42,948 bases of DNA from positions 1 through 42,948 of the forward strand of contig JAUVAR010000002.1 in the NCBI GenBank assembly GCA_030591625.1, read 5' to 3'. The translations under genes were made by a program, and so were the position numbers. The DNA comes from Candidatus Zixiibacteriota bacterium. GTDB lineage: Bacteria > Zixibacteria > MSB-5A5 > GN15 > FEB-12. Each line of letters opens with the position of its first letter. The stretch's first letter is position 1. Positions 27,581-35,358 of the stretch are shown here, one piece after another. Under the pieces are notes generated by a model. It had not been told where the DNA came from. It worked only from the letters and a program-made list of their open reading frames with translations, and did no database searches.

Positions 27581-27733
27581 GGAACCTCCCGGGTCTCCAA
27601 ATTCGAATTGTCGAGATACGAATGATTGACAGTCATATAATGCAGGAAATATCAGAATTGCGAAAGCGAATAATTTTCGCGTGCTAACTCTTTGCTACCA
27701 AAGCTGATCAGGTTCATTTTTTTGCCCATACAA

Positions 27734-27762
27734 AAGGCCTCAGTAATAATTACCGAGGCCTT
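27734..27762 (-). terminator. Hairpin terminator downstream of pmbA
   Basis: AAGGCCTC (27734-27741) pairs with GAGGCCTT (27755-27762), with an inner GTA/TAC extension. The T-run on the minus strand is short. Confidence 0.5.
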
Positions 27763-27789
27763 ATTTTTGGTTATACCTAAACTGTGCGA

Positions 27790-29112
27790 CTACAGCCCGG
27801 AGAACTCAACATCTTTGAAGTACATCGAAGGAGTTCGGGTCGATGAATAAATATGCGGGTCATTGCCAACTTCCGAAAGTGACATCCAGAAATCAATCAG
27901 ATTCCCGGAGATATTCATCTCGTTAACAGGCTTGACTCGTTTACCGTTCTCGATCAACATTCCCATAATACCGTAACTAAAATCTCCAGTAGTAGAATTG
28001 GCATTGCCGCCGATAAAGCGGGTCACTAAAATACCGCGTTCCATAGAAGCAATCATCGCTTCCATGTCCCTGTCACCTGTTCCAAAAATTACATTCGAAG
28101 TTCCGGCAGTTGTCGGTTCTACTTCAAGCTTACGACTATAGTAAGCGCTGATGAAATATTGTTTCAAGACTCCCGCTTCAAGAATTGTACGTTTGCGGGT
28201 AGCCATTCCTTCACCGTCATAGAGCCGCGAACCTCTGCCACGCACAATAAACGGATCATCAATAATCGTTAGTTTATCTGATGCTATCGGTTGGTCAAGT
28301 TTTCCTTCGAGATAGGAACGTTCTTGATAAAGTGCTCCACCGCTCATTGCTCCACGCATCGCACCAAGCGGACGGTTGCCTGCTATATTTTCGATAATCA
28401 AGTCATACCGACCTGATTCGAGTTTGGTCTGGCCAAGCCTGCTGAGTGCCACTTCAACACATGGTGTAGCGAGCTCTTCGGCAGGTGGCAACTCATCAAA
28501 GTGTCGAGTCGAACGGTAACGCCAACCTTCGGGACGTCCGCCTTTGCCGTCGTCTAACGAGACCTCTGCACCAAGATAGAAATAGGTTCGAGCGTTGGTA
28601 CCTTCGAAACCGTTGCTCTGAACTTTAACACTCTCGGTTATGCCATCACCACAACCGGCTGTACAGGTTACAATTTTATCACTCTTGGAACTGGTTAGTT
28701 TTTGTAGTTCAGCAGCCATATCGACACGCTGTTTCGATGTTATACTACTATGATTGTGATCAACCTGATCAAGATTGATATCCTTACGACCCTCATAATA
28801 TTTGGGGTCAGGTAATCCTCGAAACTTATCGGCACCAAGATATTTGGTCATAGCGATCGCTTCGGAGATAAATTTCTCAAGCGAATCTTTACGCAGATCA
28901 TTGGTCGAATGCGATGAGTACTTACTATCGGCATATACATCCAACGATAGCCCGTTCTGGGTTGATTCCTGTAGTTTCTCAAGACTTTCATCCCGATAAC
29001 TTATTTCGATGCTGCGATCATTTGTAATATTGACAGCAACATCGTTGGCGCCGGACTTCTTCGCGAACGTCACCGCCCACTTCCCCAACTCCAGTCTTTC
29101 TGATTTATTCAT
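27790..29112 (-). CDS. pmbA: PmbA/TldE-family metalloprotease subunit (no signal peptide)
   Basis: ORF 27790-29118, whose track start is a TTG; an ATG lies at 29110-29112. The length and family-typical C-terminal region ('GDFSYGIMGMLIENGK') fit PmbA, and it is adjacent to tldD. Confidence 0.8.
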   Translation of the reverse strand: MNKSERLELGKWAVTFAKKSGANDVAVNITNDRSIEISYRDESLEKLQESTQNGLSLDVYADSKYSSHSTNDLRKDSLEKFISEAIAMTKYLGADKFRGLPDPKYYEGRKDINLDQVDHNHSSITSKQRVDMAAELQKLTSSKSDKIVTCTAGCGDGITESVKVQSNGFEGTNARTYFYLGAEVSLDDGKGGRPEGWRYRSTRHFDELPPAEELATPCVEVALSRLGQTKLESGRYDLIIENIAGNRPLGAMRGAMSGGALYQERSYLEGKLDQPIASDKLTIIDDPFIVRGRGSRLYDGEGMATRKRTILEAGVLKQYFISAYYSRKLEVEPTTAGTSNVIFGTGDRDMEAMIASMERGILVTRFIGGNANSTTGDFSYGIMGMLIENGKRVKPVNEMNISGNLIDFWMSLSEVGNDPHIYSSTRTPSMYFKDVEFSGL

Positions 29113-29151
29113 GGACAATACCTTTATTTTTCAATTTGTTCATTAAGGGGA

Positions 29152-30696
29152 TCAACTATTGATACCGCCGACTGTTATCGACGAAATCTTGATACTCGGC
29201 AGACCCATCGAAACAGGTACGCCCTGACCACCCTTACCGCAGGTCCATCCACCTTCGGCCATCTTAAAGTCGTCGGCAACCATTGTTACCTTAGTCAGAA
29301 CATCCGGGCCGTTACCAATCAGATTGATATCTTTGATCGGTTTTGTAATCTTACCGTCTTCGATCAGGCTGCCTGATTTAACAAAGAAAGTGAAATCACC
29401 GGCTCCAATCGCCACTTCACCATTGGTGAACTGCTCGACATAGATACCCTTCTTGACACTCTTGATAATTTCATCCTTAGTGTGTGGACCGGGAAGCATA
29501 TAGGTATTGCGCATTCTTGGGATCGGTGCAAAACGGAATGACTGCCTGCGACCATTGCCGGTTGGCTTAAGGCCGTAGTGGGTCGCACTGATGCGATCAT
29601 GCAGATAGCTTTCTAATATTCCGTCACGAACCATATAAGTTTTTTCTGTCTGATGACCTTCATCATCGACATTAAGTGAACCGCGTATATTCGGGTTAGT
29701 GCCATCATCAACGATTGAAACAATACTCTCGGCAACCGGTTTGCCAATTTTGGTTGAGAAGATTGATGCATCTTTGCGGTTGAAGTCTGCTTCCATCGGA
29801 TGTCCGATTGCTTCATGCAGAAGAATCCCCGAACTACCGGCAGCCATCACAACAGGCATTTCGCCAGCTTCAGGTTTGATCGCTTCAAAGAGAGCGACTG
29901 TCCGGCGGACAGACTCAGTTCCGATACGAGCCAGGTTTGCTTCGGTCAGGAATTCAATTCCCTGTCGTCCACAAAGATTAAAGCCGTTACGTTCACGACG
30001 ACCATTTTCTTCGGCTGAACATGAACCACCCACACGAGTCATTGGCTGATAGTCACAGGCAATCGTTCCTTCGGATGTTGCAACCATCATATAGGAGTTG
30101 TCATCGGAGAACGAAACAGAAGATTTGATAACTCGTTTATCTGTTGCCTTCATTGTCTCATTGATTTTCAATAACAGAGGAATCTTCTGATCGATAGTTA
30201 CATCTTCCCAAAGAGTCTTGATCGGATAATAATTTGGTGTGACTTCCATGCGAAGATCCACAACTTTAGCGGTTGGAGCACTATTCGCAATATTGGAGGC
30301 TGTTTTGGCAGCCAGTTTCATCGCTTCCGGAGTAATCTCCTCGGTGAATGAATAACCGACCTGGTCACCCTTGAGGACCCGGATACCAACACCAAAATCG
30401 ATATTGCTGTATGCTCGGTTGACCGCATCATCTTCAAGTGCGACATAATTTCCGATGCTATGCTGAAAATAGAGGTCACAGTAATCGCCACCCTTTTCGA
30501 GTGCGATAGACATTATTTTCTGCATTAAATCTTTATCAACCCCGAAATGCTTCATGTAAGCATCGAGTTTGCCTTCACCCTCAAGCCCAGGCGCAAACGC
30601 CATTAGTGGGTTGGCATTAAAAATGATTGGAATCGACGCCAATGCTGCCCCTTTCGCACTTAGTTCGACAAATCTCCTGCGAGAGATATTAGCCAT
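29152..30696 (-). CDS. tldD: TldD-family metalloprotease with twin-arginine (Tat) signal peptide
   Basis: 514 aa with AGAGGAG upstream. The N-terminus 'MANISRRRFVELSAKGAALASIPIIFNANPLMAFA' fits the S/T-R-R-x-F-L-K pattern. The zinc motif is 'HEAIGHPME'. Confidence 0.85.
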   Translation of the reverse strand: MANISRRRFVELSAKGAALASIPIIFNANPLMAFAPGLEGEGKLDAYMKHFGVDKDLMQKIMSIALEKGGDYCDLYFQHSIGNYVALEDDAVNRAYSNIDFGVGIRVLKGDQVGYSFTEEITPEAMKLAAKTASNIANSAPTAKVVDLRMEVTPNYYPIKTLWEDVTIDQKIPLLLKINETMKATDKRVIKSSVSFSDDNSYMMVATSEGTIACDYQPMTRVGGSCSAEENGRRERNGFNLCGRQGIEFLTEANLARIGTESVRRTVALFEAIKPEAGEMPVVMAAGSSGILLHEAIGHPMEADFNRKDASIFSTKIGKPVAESIVSIVDDGTNPNIRGSLNVDDEGHQTEKTYMVRDGILESYLHDRISATHYGLKPTGNGRRQSFRFAPIPRMRNTYMLPGPHTKDEIIKSVKKGIYVEQFTNGEVAIGAGDFTFFVKSGSLIEDGKITKPIKDINLIGNGPDVLTKVTMVADDFKMAEGGWTCGKGGQGVPVSMGLPSIKISSITVGGINS

Positions 30697-30921
30697 TGCA
30701 TACTCCTCTTGCTCTATCCTGTATTAAAATCTAAATTTATATTCGTAGGTAGGTATTTCATATTACTATAGTTGTATAGACGAAGAATTCACCCAAAAGG
30801 TTCATAGTAGTACTCAAATTATTCTTAAAATCGCTGTTTCAAAAATAAGCGAACTGCTATAAGTCGCCACTAACCTTATAACCTACTCGCACACAACAAC
30901 ATATCGAGCGAGATTTGAGCT

Positions 30922-31410
30922 TTACGGATCAGGCTGACGGTATGACATTTCTGACTCGCCGGAATCAAAGGGAGAAATTTCAACCATTTCTTCAGGTGAA
31001 GGAGGTGGTGGCTTCTTTCCGGATAAGAATTTCTTCAAGAATGAGATTATCGCACTCCCCTGCCAAAGCAGAAAGGTGATCGTCGCTAACCCCACAAATA
31101 GGATTGCTACATGCGGATGAACAAACACCCAATAGGTATTGATAGCAAAATGTAAATAAACAAAAATTGAAAGTTCAGGATTGAGATTCTTGGGAATAAC
31201 CGATGGGCCGCCAATTCGGGAATAGTAATCTTTTAGACGACGTAACCATTCATGTCCTTCTCTCCAGAAATTTCTCCACAATATTCTAAACTGTGGTGCA
31301 ACGAGTTTCCAAAGAATTACTATGCTAAGGTTATAGACACAGTACCATCCCCACTCAGTTAAGGTGAAGTCCTCTAATTCGAGAAGATATTCTAACGTCA
31401 GCTGTTCCAT
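30922..31410 (-). CDS. Hypothetical membrane protein
   Basis: 162-aa ORF with 3 hydrophobic segments and a Pro-rich tail (KKPPPPSPEE). No motif recognised. Confidence 0.45.
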   Translation of the reverse strand: MEQLTLEYLLELEDFTLTEWGWYCVYNLSIVILWKLVAPQFRILWRNFWREGHEWLRRLKDYYSRIGGPSVIPKNLNPELSIFVYLHFAINTYWVFVHPHVAILFVGLATITFLLWQGSAIISFLKKFLSGKKPPPPSPEEMVEISPFDSGESEMSYRQPDP

Positions 31411-31448
31411 AGAGGGAATCTTGCCCGAGGGAACGATTATAACAAGTT

Positions 31449-32036
31449 TTAAATCCGTTCATCCTCATCGGGAAGACCTAAAATAGAGAATGTTGTGTTT
31501 CCGTATTTTCGTTGTTGCTGAAGCTCAAACCCGTGAAACCTGATCCTTTGGGTTTCACTTGTATCATGCTGACAAAGAATAATTCCATCTCTATTGAGAA
31601 TAGAGCAGGCAGCAATTTCTGACATTGTGCGATTGATTATTCCTTTGTACTGAGGTGGTGCGATCATAATAATATCAAATTTTTCAGTTTCTGACAAACC
31701 AGGAATCGCATCAAAGACATCGGCATGCAAGCACTCAAGTGAATCTGCCACCCCAAGTGTCTCCGCCTGTTTATTTATTTGGTCGACAAGTTGCTGCTCA
31801 AGTTCAACTCCAACCGCTTTGTCGGCTCCTCGTGAGACTGCCTCAAAAAGATATGAGCCTGTCCCGGAAAAGAGGTCAAGATATGACGCACCATCGAGAT
31901 ACGGATACAGAAAATCGAATATCGATTTGCGAATTCTCGAGAGTGGCGGACGGGTCACACCAAGATCGGGCGCAGTTATACGACGACCTTTTAAATGGCC
32001 GGCTATAATTTTAAACTCAAATTGCTTCTGTTTCAT
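31449..32036 (-). CDS. rsmD: 16S rRNA (guanine-N2)-methyltransferase RsmD-like
   Basis: ORF 31449-32084. I prefer the internal ATG at 32036 ('MKQKQFEFKIIAGHLKGRRI...TRPPLSRIRKSIFD'). The SAM motif is 'LDLFSGTGSYLFEAVSRGA'. 'IMIAPPQY' stands where DPPF/Y is expected. Confidence 0.7.
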   Translation of the reverse strand: MKQKQFEFKIIAGHLKGRRITAPDLGVTRPPLSRIRKSIFDFLYPYLDGASYLDLFSGTGSYLFEAVSRGADKAVGVELEQQLVDQINKQAETLGVADSLECLHADVFDAIPGLSETEKFDIIMIAPPQYKGIINRTMSEIAACSILNRDGIILCQHDTSETQRIRFHGFELQQQRKYGNTTFSILGLPDEDERI

Positions 32037-32174
32037 AAATTTAACACCAACTCTTTCATCACCAGAAGATAAGAACTCCAACATGCTAACAAAACAGTTT
32101 TAAACTGTCGATAGATTATATATAAAGAAAAAGGTTGTTACTAAAGGGTAAGCCACTTATTAAAAGATAGTAAT

Positions 32175-32831
32175 ATGAAAAAGATAATTAACATCAAGTC
32201 AATCGACATTGATCTATCGCAGATTGAAGATGATCTTTATAAAAAAGGCTACAAGTCGGTGTGTGGCGTTGACGAAGCAGGACGAGGCCCTCTCGCGGGT
32301 CCGGTTGTGGCAGCGGCAGTTATTCTTCCACCGGAGACAGAAATCGAAGGTCTCGATGATTCCAAAAAACTATCTGCCTCCAAAAGAGATAAATTATTTG
32401 AAAAAATTGTAAATCTTGGTCTTATCTGTGCGGTAGGTATTATCGATCATACCGAGATTGACCGTATCAATATTCACCGCGCTTCACTTAGAGCGATGTG
32501 TAAAGCTGTTCTTGATTTGAAACAGAGTCCTGATTTCATACTTGTTGATGGTCGTTTTTGTATTCCAAATCTGTCTCAGGCACAACTTGCGGTGGTCGGT
32601 GGAGATGCCTGTTGTCCTTCAATTTCAGCAGCTTCTATAGTTGCCAAAGTTACCAGAGATCGCATAATGGAAAAATTCGAAAATATTTATCCGAATTTTT
32701 CATTCTCAACCCACAAAGGTTACCCCACTGCGTTGCATCAAAAAGAGCTCAAAGAATATGGCCCGACAGAAATCCACAGGCGAACCTTCAAGCCGGTAGC
32801 AGAGCTGATTGATGAACTCACCCTCTTCTGA
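32175..32831 (+). CDS. rnhB: Ribonuclease HII
   Basis: 218 aa with the motif 'GVDEAGRGPLAGPVVAAAVIL' and a C-terminal 'THKGYPT'. Confidence 0.92.
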   Translation: MKKIINIKSIDIDLSQIEDDLYKKGYKSVCGVDEAGRGPLAGPVVAAAVILPPETEIEGLDDSKKLSASKRDKLFEKIVNLGLICAVGIIDHTEIDRINIHRASLRAMCKAVLDLKQSPDFILVDGRFCIPNLSQAQLAVVGGDACCPSISAASIVAKVTRDRIMEKFENIYPNFSFSTHKGYPTALHQKELKEYGPTEIHRRTFKPVAELIDELTLF

Positions 32832-33198
32832 TCAAAGCAAAGAGAGTCGCAAAAAACGAGGCGATAAATTTGAACGGCTGGCTGCAAAATTCTACAAAAA
32901 TAATAAATACGAAATTCTCGAACAAAACTGGCGAGCCGGTCGGAAAGAGATTGATCTGATTGTACGAAAAGATAATCTGCTCATTTTTGTCGAAGTAAAA
33001 TCAGCATCATCAAAAAAATTCGGTCATCCTGCCGAGCGAGTTGATAATCGTAAACAGAAAAATATTATCGAAGTAGCGAAACAATATCTTATCTCCCACG
33101 AAGTGTTAGATTGTGATTTCAGGTTTGATGTTGTTGCGTTTATTGATGGCCAGCTTGAACATTACCCCGGGGCTTTTGAAGTCGATACTGAATTCTGA
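32809..33198 (+). CDS. yraN: YraN-family (UPF0102) endonuclease-like protein
   Basis: 129 aa with 'KYEILEQNWRAGRKEIDLIVRKDNLLIFVEVKS'. It overlaps rnhB by 23 nt, and rnhB-yraN is a conserved gene pair. Confidence 0.8.
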   Translation: MMNSPSSDQSKESRKKRGDKFERLAAKFYKNNKYEILEQNWRAGRKEIDLIVRKDNLLIFVEVKSASSKKFGHPAERVDNRKQKNIIEVAKQYLISHEVLDCDFRFDVVAFIDGQLEHYPGAFEVDTEF

Positions 33199-33627
33199 TT
33201 ATTTGAGACTATCCGAAAAATCGGTCGAATCTGACAATGCCAACGAATCGGCAATTTTAGCCCTTGAAATTGAATCAGAAACTCTCGAAATTGAATCAAC
33301 CAGGTCATAAACCGACTGTGTAAAGGGGAATAATCCGGCTGGATCAGACTCACATCTCTTGATCAGTGCAGTCATTTTCCCAAGTGTCAGCCCGTTGGAT
33401 GTTAGAATTGAATCCCTGTATTCAAGATATCTTTCCGGCTCATTTCGGAATTCTCCTGCCGCAACCCAAATTCGGGCAGTCGCCTGCGCCATAATTTCAT
33501 CTTCAGAAGCAACTTTTTGGATGCTCCAGACGTTATATTCCTGATAGGCGAACCAGCCACCAATTAGAACTACAAATGGGATTATTCTTTTGAACCAAAT
33601 CACACTTTTCCAACTTTCCTTTGACAC
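33199..33627 (-). CDS. Hypothetical membrane-anchored protein
   Basis: 142-aa ORF with a GTG start and one N-terminal TM helix. The C-terminus has a 7-aa periodic 'DSISR' repeat. Its stop abuts the yraN stop with 0 nt between them. Confidence 0.4.
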   Translation of the reverse strand: MSKESWKSVIWFKRIIPFVVLIGGWFAYQEYNVWSIQKVASEDEIMAQATARIWVAAGEFRNEPERYLEYRDSILTSNGLTLGKMTALIKRCESDPAGLFPFTQSVYDLVDSISRVSDSISRAKIADSLALSDSTDFSDSLK

Positions 33628-33681
33628 AGAGCTTAGAAGTCATAACTTAAACAACCCGCACGGTGCGGTCAACTTATTGAT

Positions 33682-34767
33682 ATGGAAATAAATTACCCTC
33701 AAGAACGGCGTAAAAGCCGTGCAGTCAAAATCGGAGATGTCCTTATAGGGGGCGGATTCCCAATAGCGATTCAGTCAATGACCACCGCTGACACCCGTGA
33801 TGTAGCTGCTACTATCGCTCAAATCAACGAACTTTTTGAAGTTGGTGCAGATATTGTCAGAATTTCTGTACTCAATCATGACGCTTCAGATTCGCTCTCT
33901 AAGATCCGAGCAGGCGTAACGGGACCAATTGTTGCCGATATTCATTTCCAATACAAGCTCGCTCTCAAAGCGATTGAAGCCGGATTCGATAAAATTAGAA
34001 TCAACCCTGGTAACATCGGAGCCGAATGGAAAGTACGAGAAGTCACTAAAGCGGCCAAAGATGCCGGTGTACCGATCAGAGTTGGTGTGAACTCAGGTTC
34101 ACTGCCCGAAGATATTTTGAAAAAGTATGGCCACGATGACCCTCGTGCCTTCTGCGAAGCTGCAATGCGAGAAATTGAAGTTCTCGAAGATTGCGGATTT
34201 ACTGATACTGTGATCTCTGTCAAATCTTCCAACACCGTAACAGCTTACTGGGCCTACCAGATGCTTGCACAGAAATGCGACTACCCATTGCATCTGGGAA
34301 TCACCGAAGCGGGCATACTTGAGGCTGGAACGATTAAATCATCAATTGGAATTGGTGCAATGTTGTTGACCGGCATCGGTGACACTATTCGAGTTTCACT
34401 CACTGCTGACCCGATTCATGAAGTTCGTGTTGCTAAACAGATTCTAAAATCGTGTGCGCTTAAAGATGAAGGGGTGGAAGTTATCTCCTGTCCTACTTGC
34501 GGACGATGCCAGATCGATATGATCCCACTCGCCGAATCAATTTCTGAAAAGACAAAACATATCAAGACACCTCTTAAAGTTGCAGTCATGGGTTGTGCGG
34601 TCAATGGACCGGGCGAAGCTGCCGCTGCCGATGTTGGTATCGCCGGAGGTGATGGCAAAGGGATACTCATCAAGAAGGGTGAGATTGTCAAACGTATGAC
34701 CGAAGCAGAACTTGAATCGACATTGCTTGCAGAGATCGAAGCGATGACCGGCGAGAAGACAGGATAA
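33682..34767 (+). CDS. ispG: 4-hydroxy-3-methylbut-2-en-1-yl diphosphate synthase (IspG/GcpE)
   Basis: 361 aa with 'RKSRAVKIGDVLIGGGFPIAIQSMT', the cluster cysteines 'ISCPTCGRC' and 'VMGCAVNGPGE'. Confidence 0.93.
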   Translation: MEINYPQERRKSRAVKIGDVLIGGGFPIAIQSMTTADTRDVAATIAQINELFEVGADIVRISVLNHDASDSLSKIRAGVTGPIVADIHFQYKLALKAIEAGFDKIRINPGNIGAEWKVREVTKAAKDAGVPIRVGVNSGSLPEDILKKYGHDDPRAFCEAAMREIEVLEDCGFTDTVISVKSSNTVTAYWAYQMLAQKCDYPLHLGITEAGILEAGTIKSSIGIGAMLLTGIGDTIRVSLTADPIHEVRVAKQILKSCALKDEGVEVISCPTCGRCQIDMIPLAESISEKTKHIKTPLKVAVMGCAVNGPGEAAAADVGIAGGDGKGILIKKGEIVKRMTEAELESTLLAEIEAMTGEKTG

Positions 34768-34835
34768 TGGAAACGAACTAAACTTTCAGCTGCACAACTC
34801 TGAATACTGTAATATAAAATTAACATCACAACAGA

Positions 34836-34869
34836 AAACCGGGCTGGCCATATTGGCCATACCCGGTTT
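34836..34869. terminator. Strong bidirectional rho-independent terminator (ispG / porin gene, convergent)
   Basis: AAACCGGG (34836-34843) pairs with CCCGGTTT (34862-34869). An inner TGGCCA/TGGCCA stem closes on a 3-nt loop. T-runs lie on both strands. Confidence 0.75.
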
Positions 34870-34899
34870 CTTTAACAGGAAAGGAGGTAACTTAAGGTT

Positions 34900-35334
34900 T
34901 TAGAAACTTATTTCCACACCTGTACGAATTCCTGTCAACGAACCAGTTTCTGATCCATATACCCAGGCTGCTGCATCGGTTAGTTCGGCATAATCAAAGT
35001 CTGCCGTCAGCATCATACTTGGAGAAACTCTGTATGCAGCTCTTACTGCAAGTATCGATAACTTGTAATTCAAATCAGAGTATGTGTGCATCTCATCAAA
35101 GAAAAAGTCCTGATGGGTCAGTTCTGGATCGCCAAGATCATTAACCGCCAGATGTTCAACCGATGGCATAACTACTTCGTCATAACCTCCACTTGATTGA
35201 TTATATGTGAAGCTTGTTGTCAGAGAAAGTTTCTGAGTCGGCATCACTGTAATCGAACCAAACAGATTGTGCGATGAGTTTCTGTAGTCGGTCATCGAAT
35301 AGATCGAGCCATAATGTTTCGCTGCGCCACTCAC
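34900..35334 (-). CDS. C-terminal segment of outer-membrane beta-barrel (ends in aromatic beta-signal ...GVEISF)
   Basis: It is in the same frame as 35359-37092 and separated from it only by a TGA (35359-35361) plus 8 sense codons. The track 'start' is a GTG. It has an alternating beta-strand pattern and a terminal Phe. Confidence 0.65.
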   Translation of the reverse strand: MSGAAKHYGSIYSMTDYRNSSHNLFGSITVMPTQKLSLTTSFTYNQSSGGYDEVVMPSVEHLAVNDLGDPELTHQDFFFDEMHTYSDLNYKLSILAVRAAYRVSPSMMLTADFDYAELTDAAAWVYGSETGSLTGIRTGVEISF

Positions 35335-35358
35335 GGTGTCGCGGAATATATGGCCACC

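Noticed and set aside
33196-33201. Convergent yraN and the hypothetical gene have abutting stop codons, leaving no room for a terminator.
   Set aside because: It is a curiosity only, and the 142-aa ORF is itself weakly supported. No functional inference is justified.
33266-33298. 12-bp direct repeat GAAATTGAATCA x2 spaced 21 nt apart.
   Set aside because: It lies within the coding sequence of the 142-aa ORF and simply encodes the 7-aa periodic 'DSISR' repeat. It is not CRISPR-like or an att-like element.
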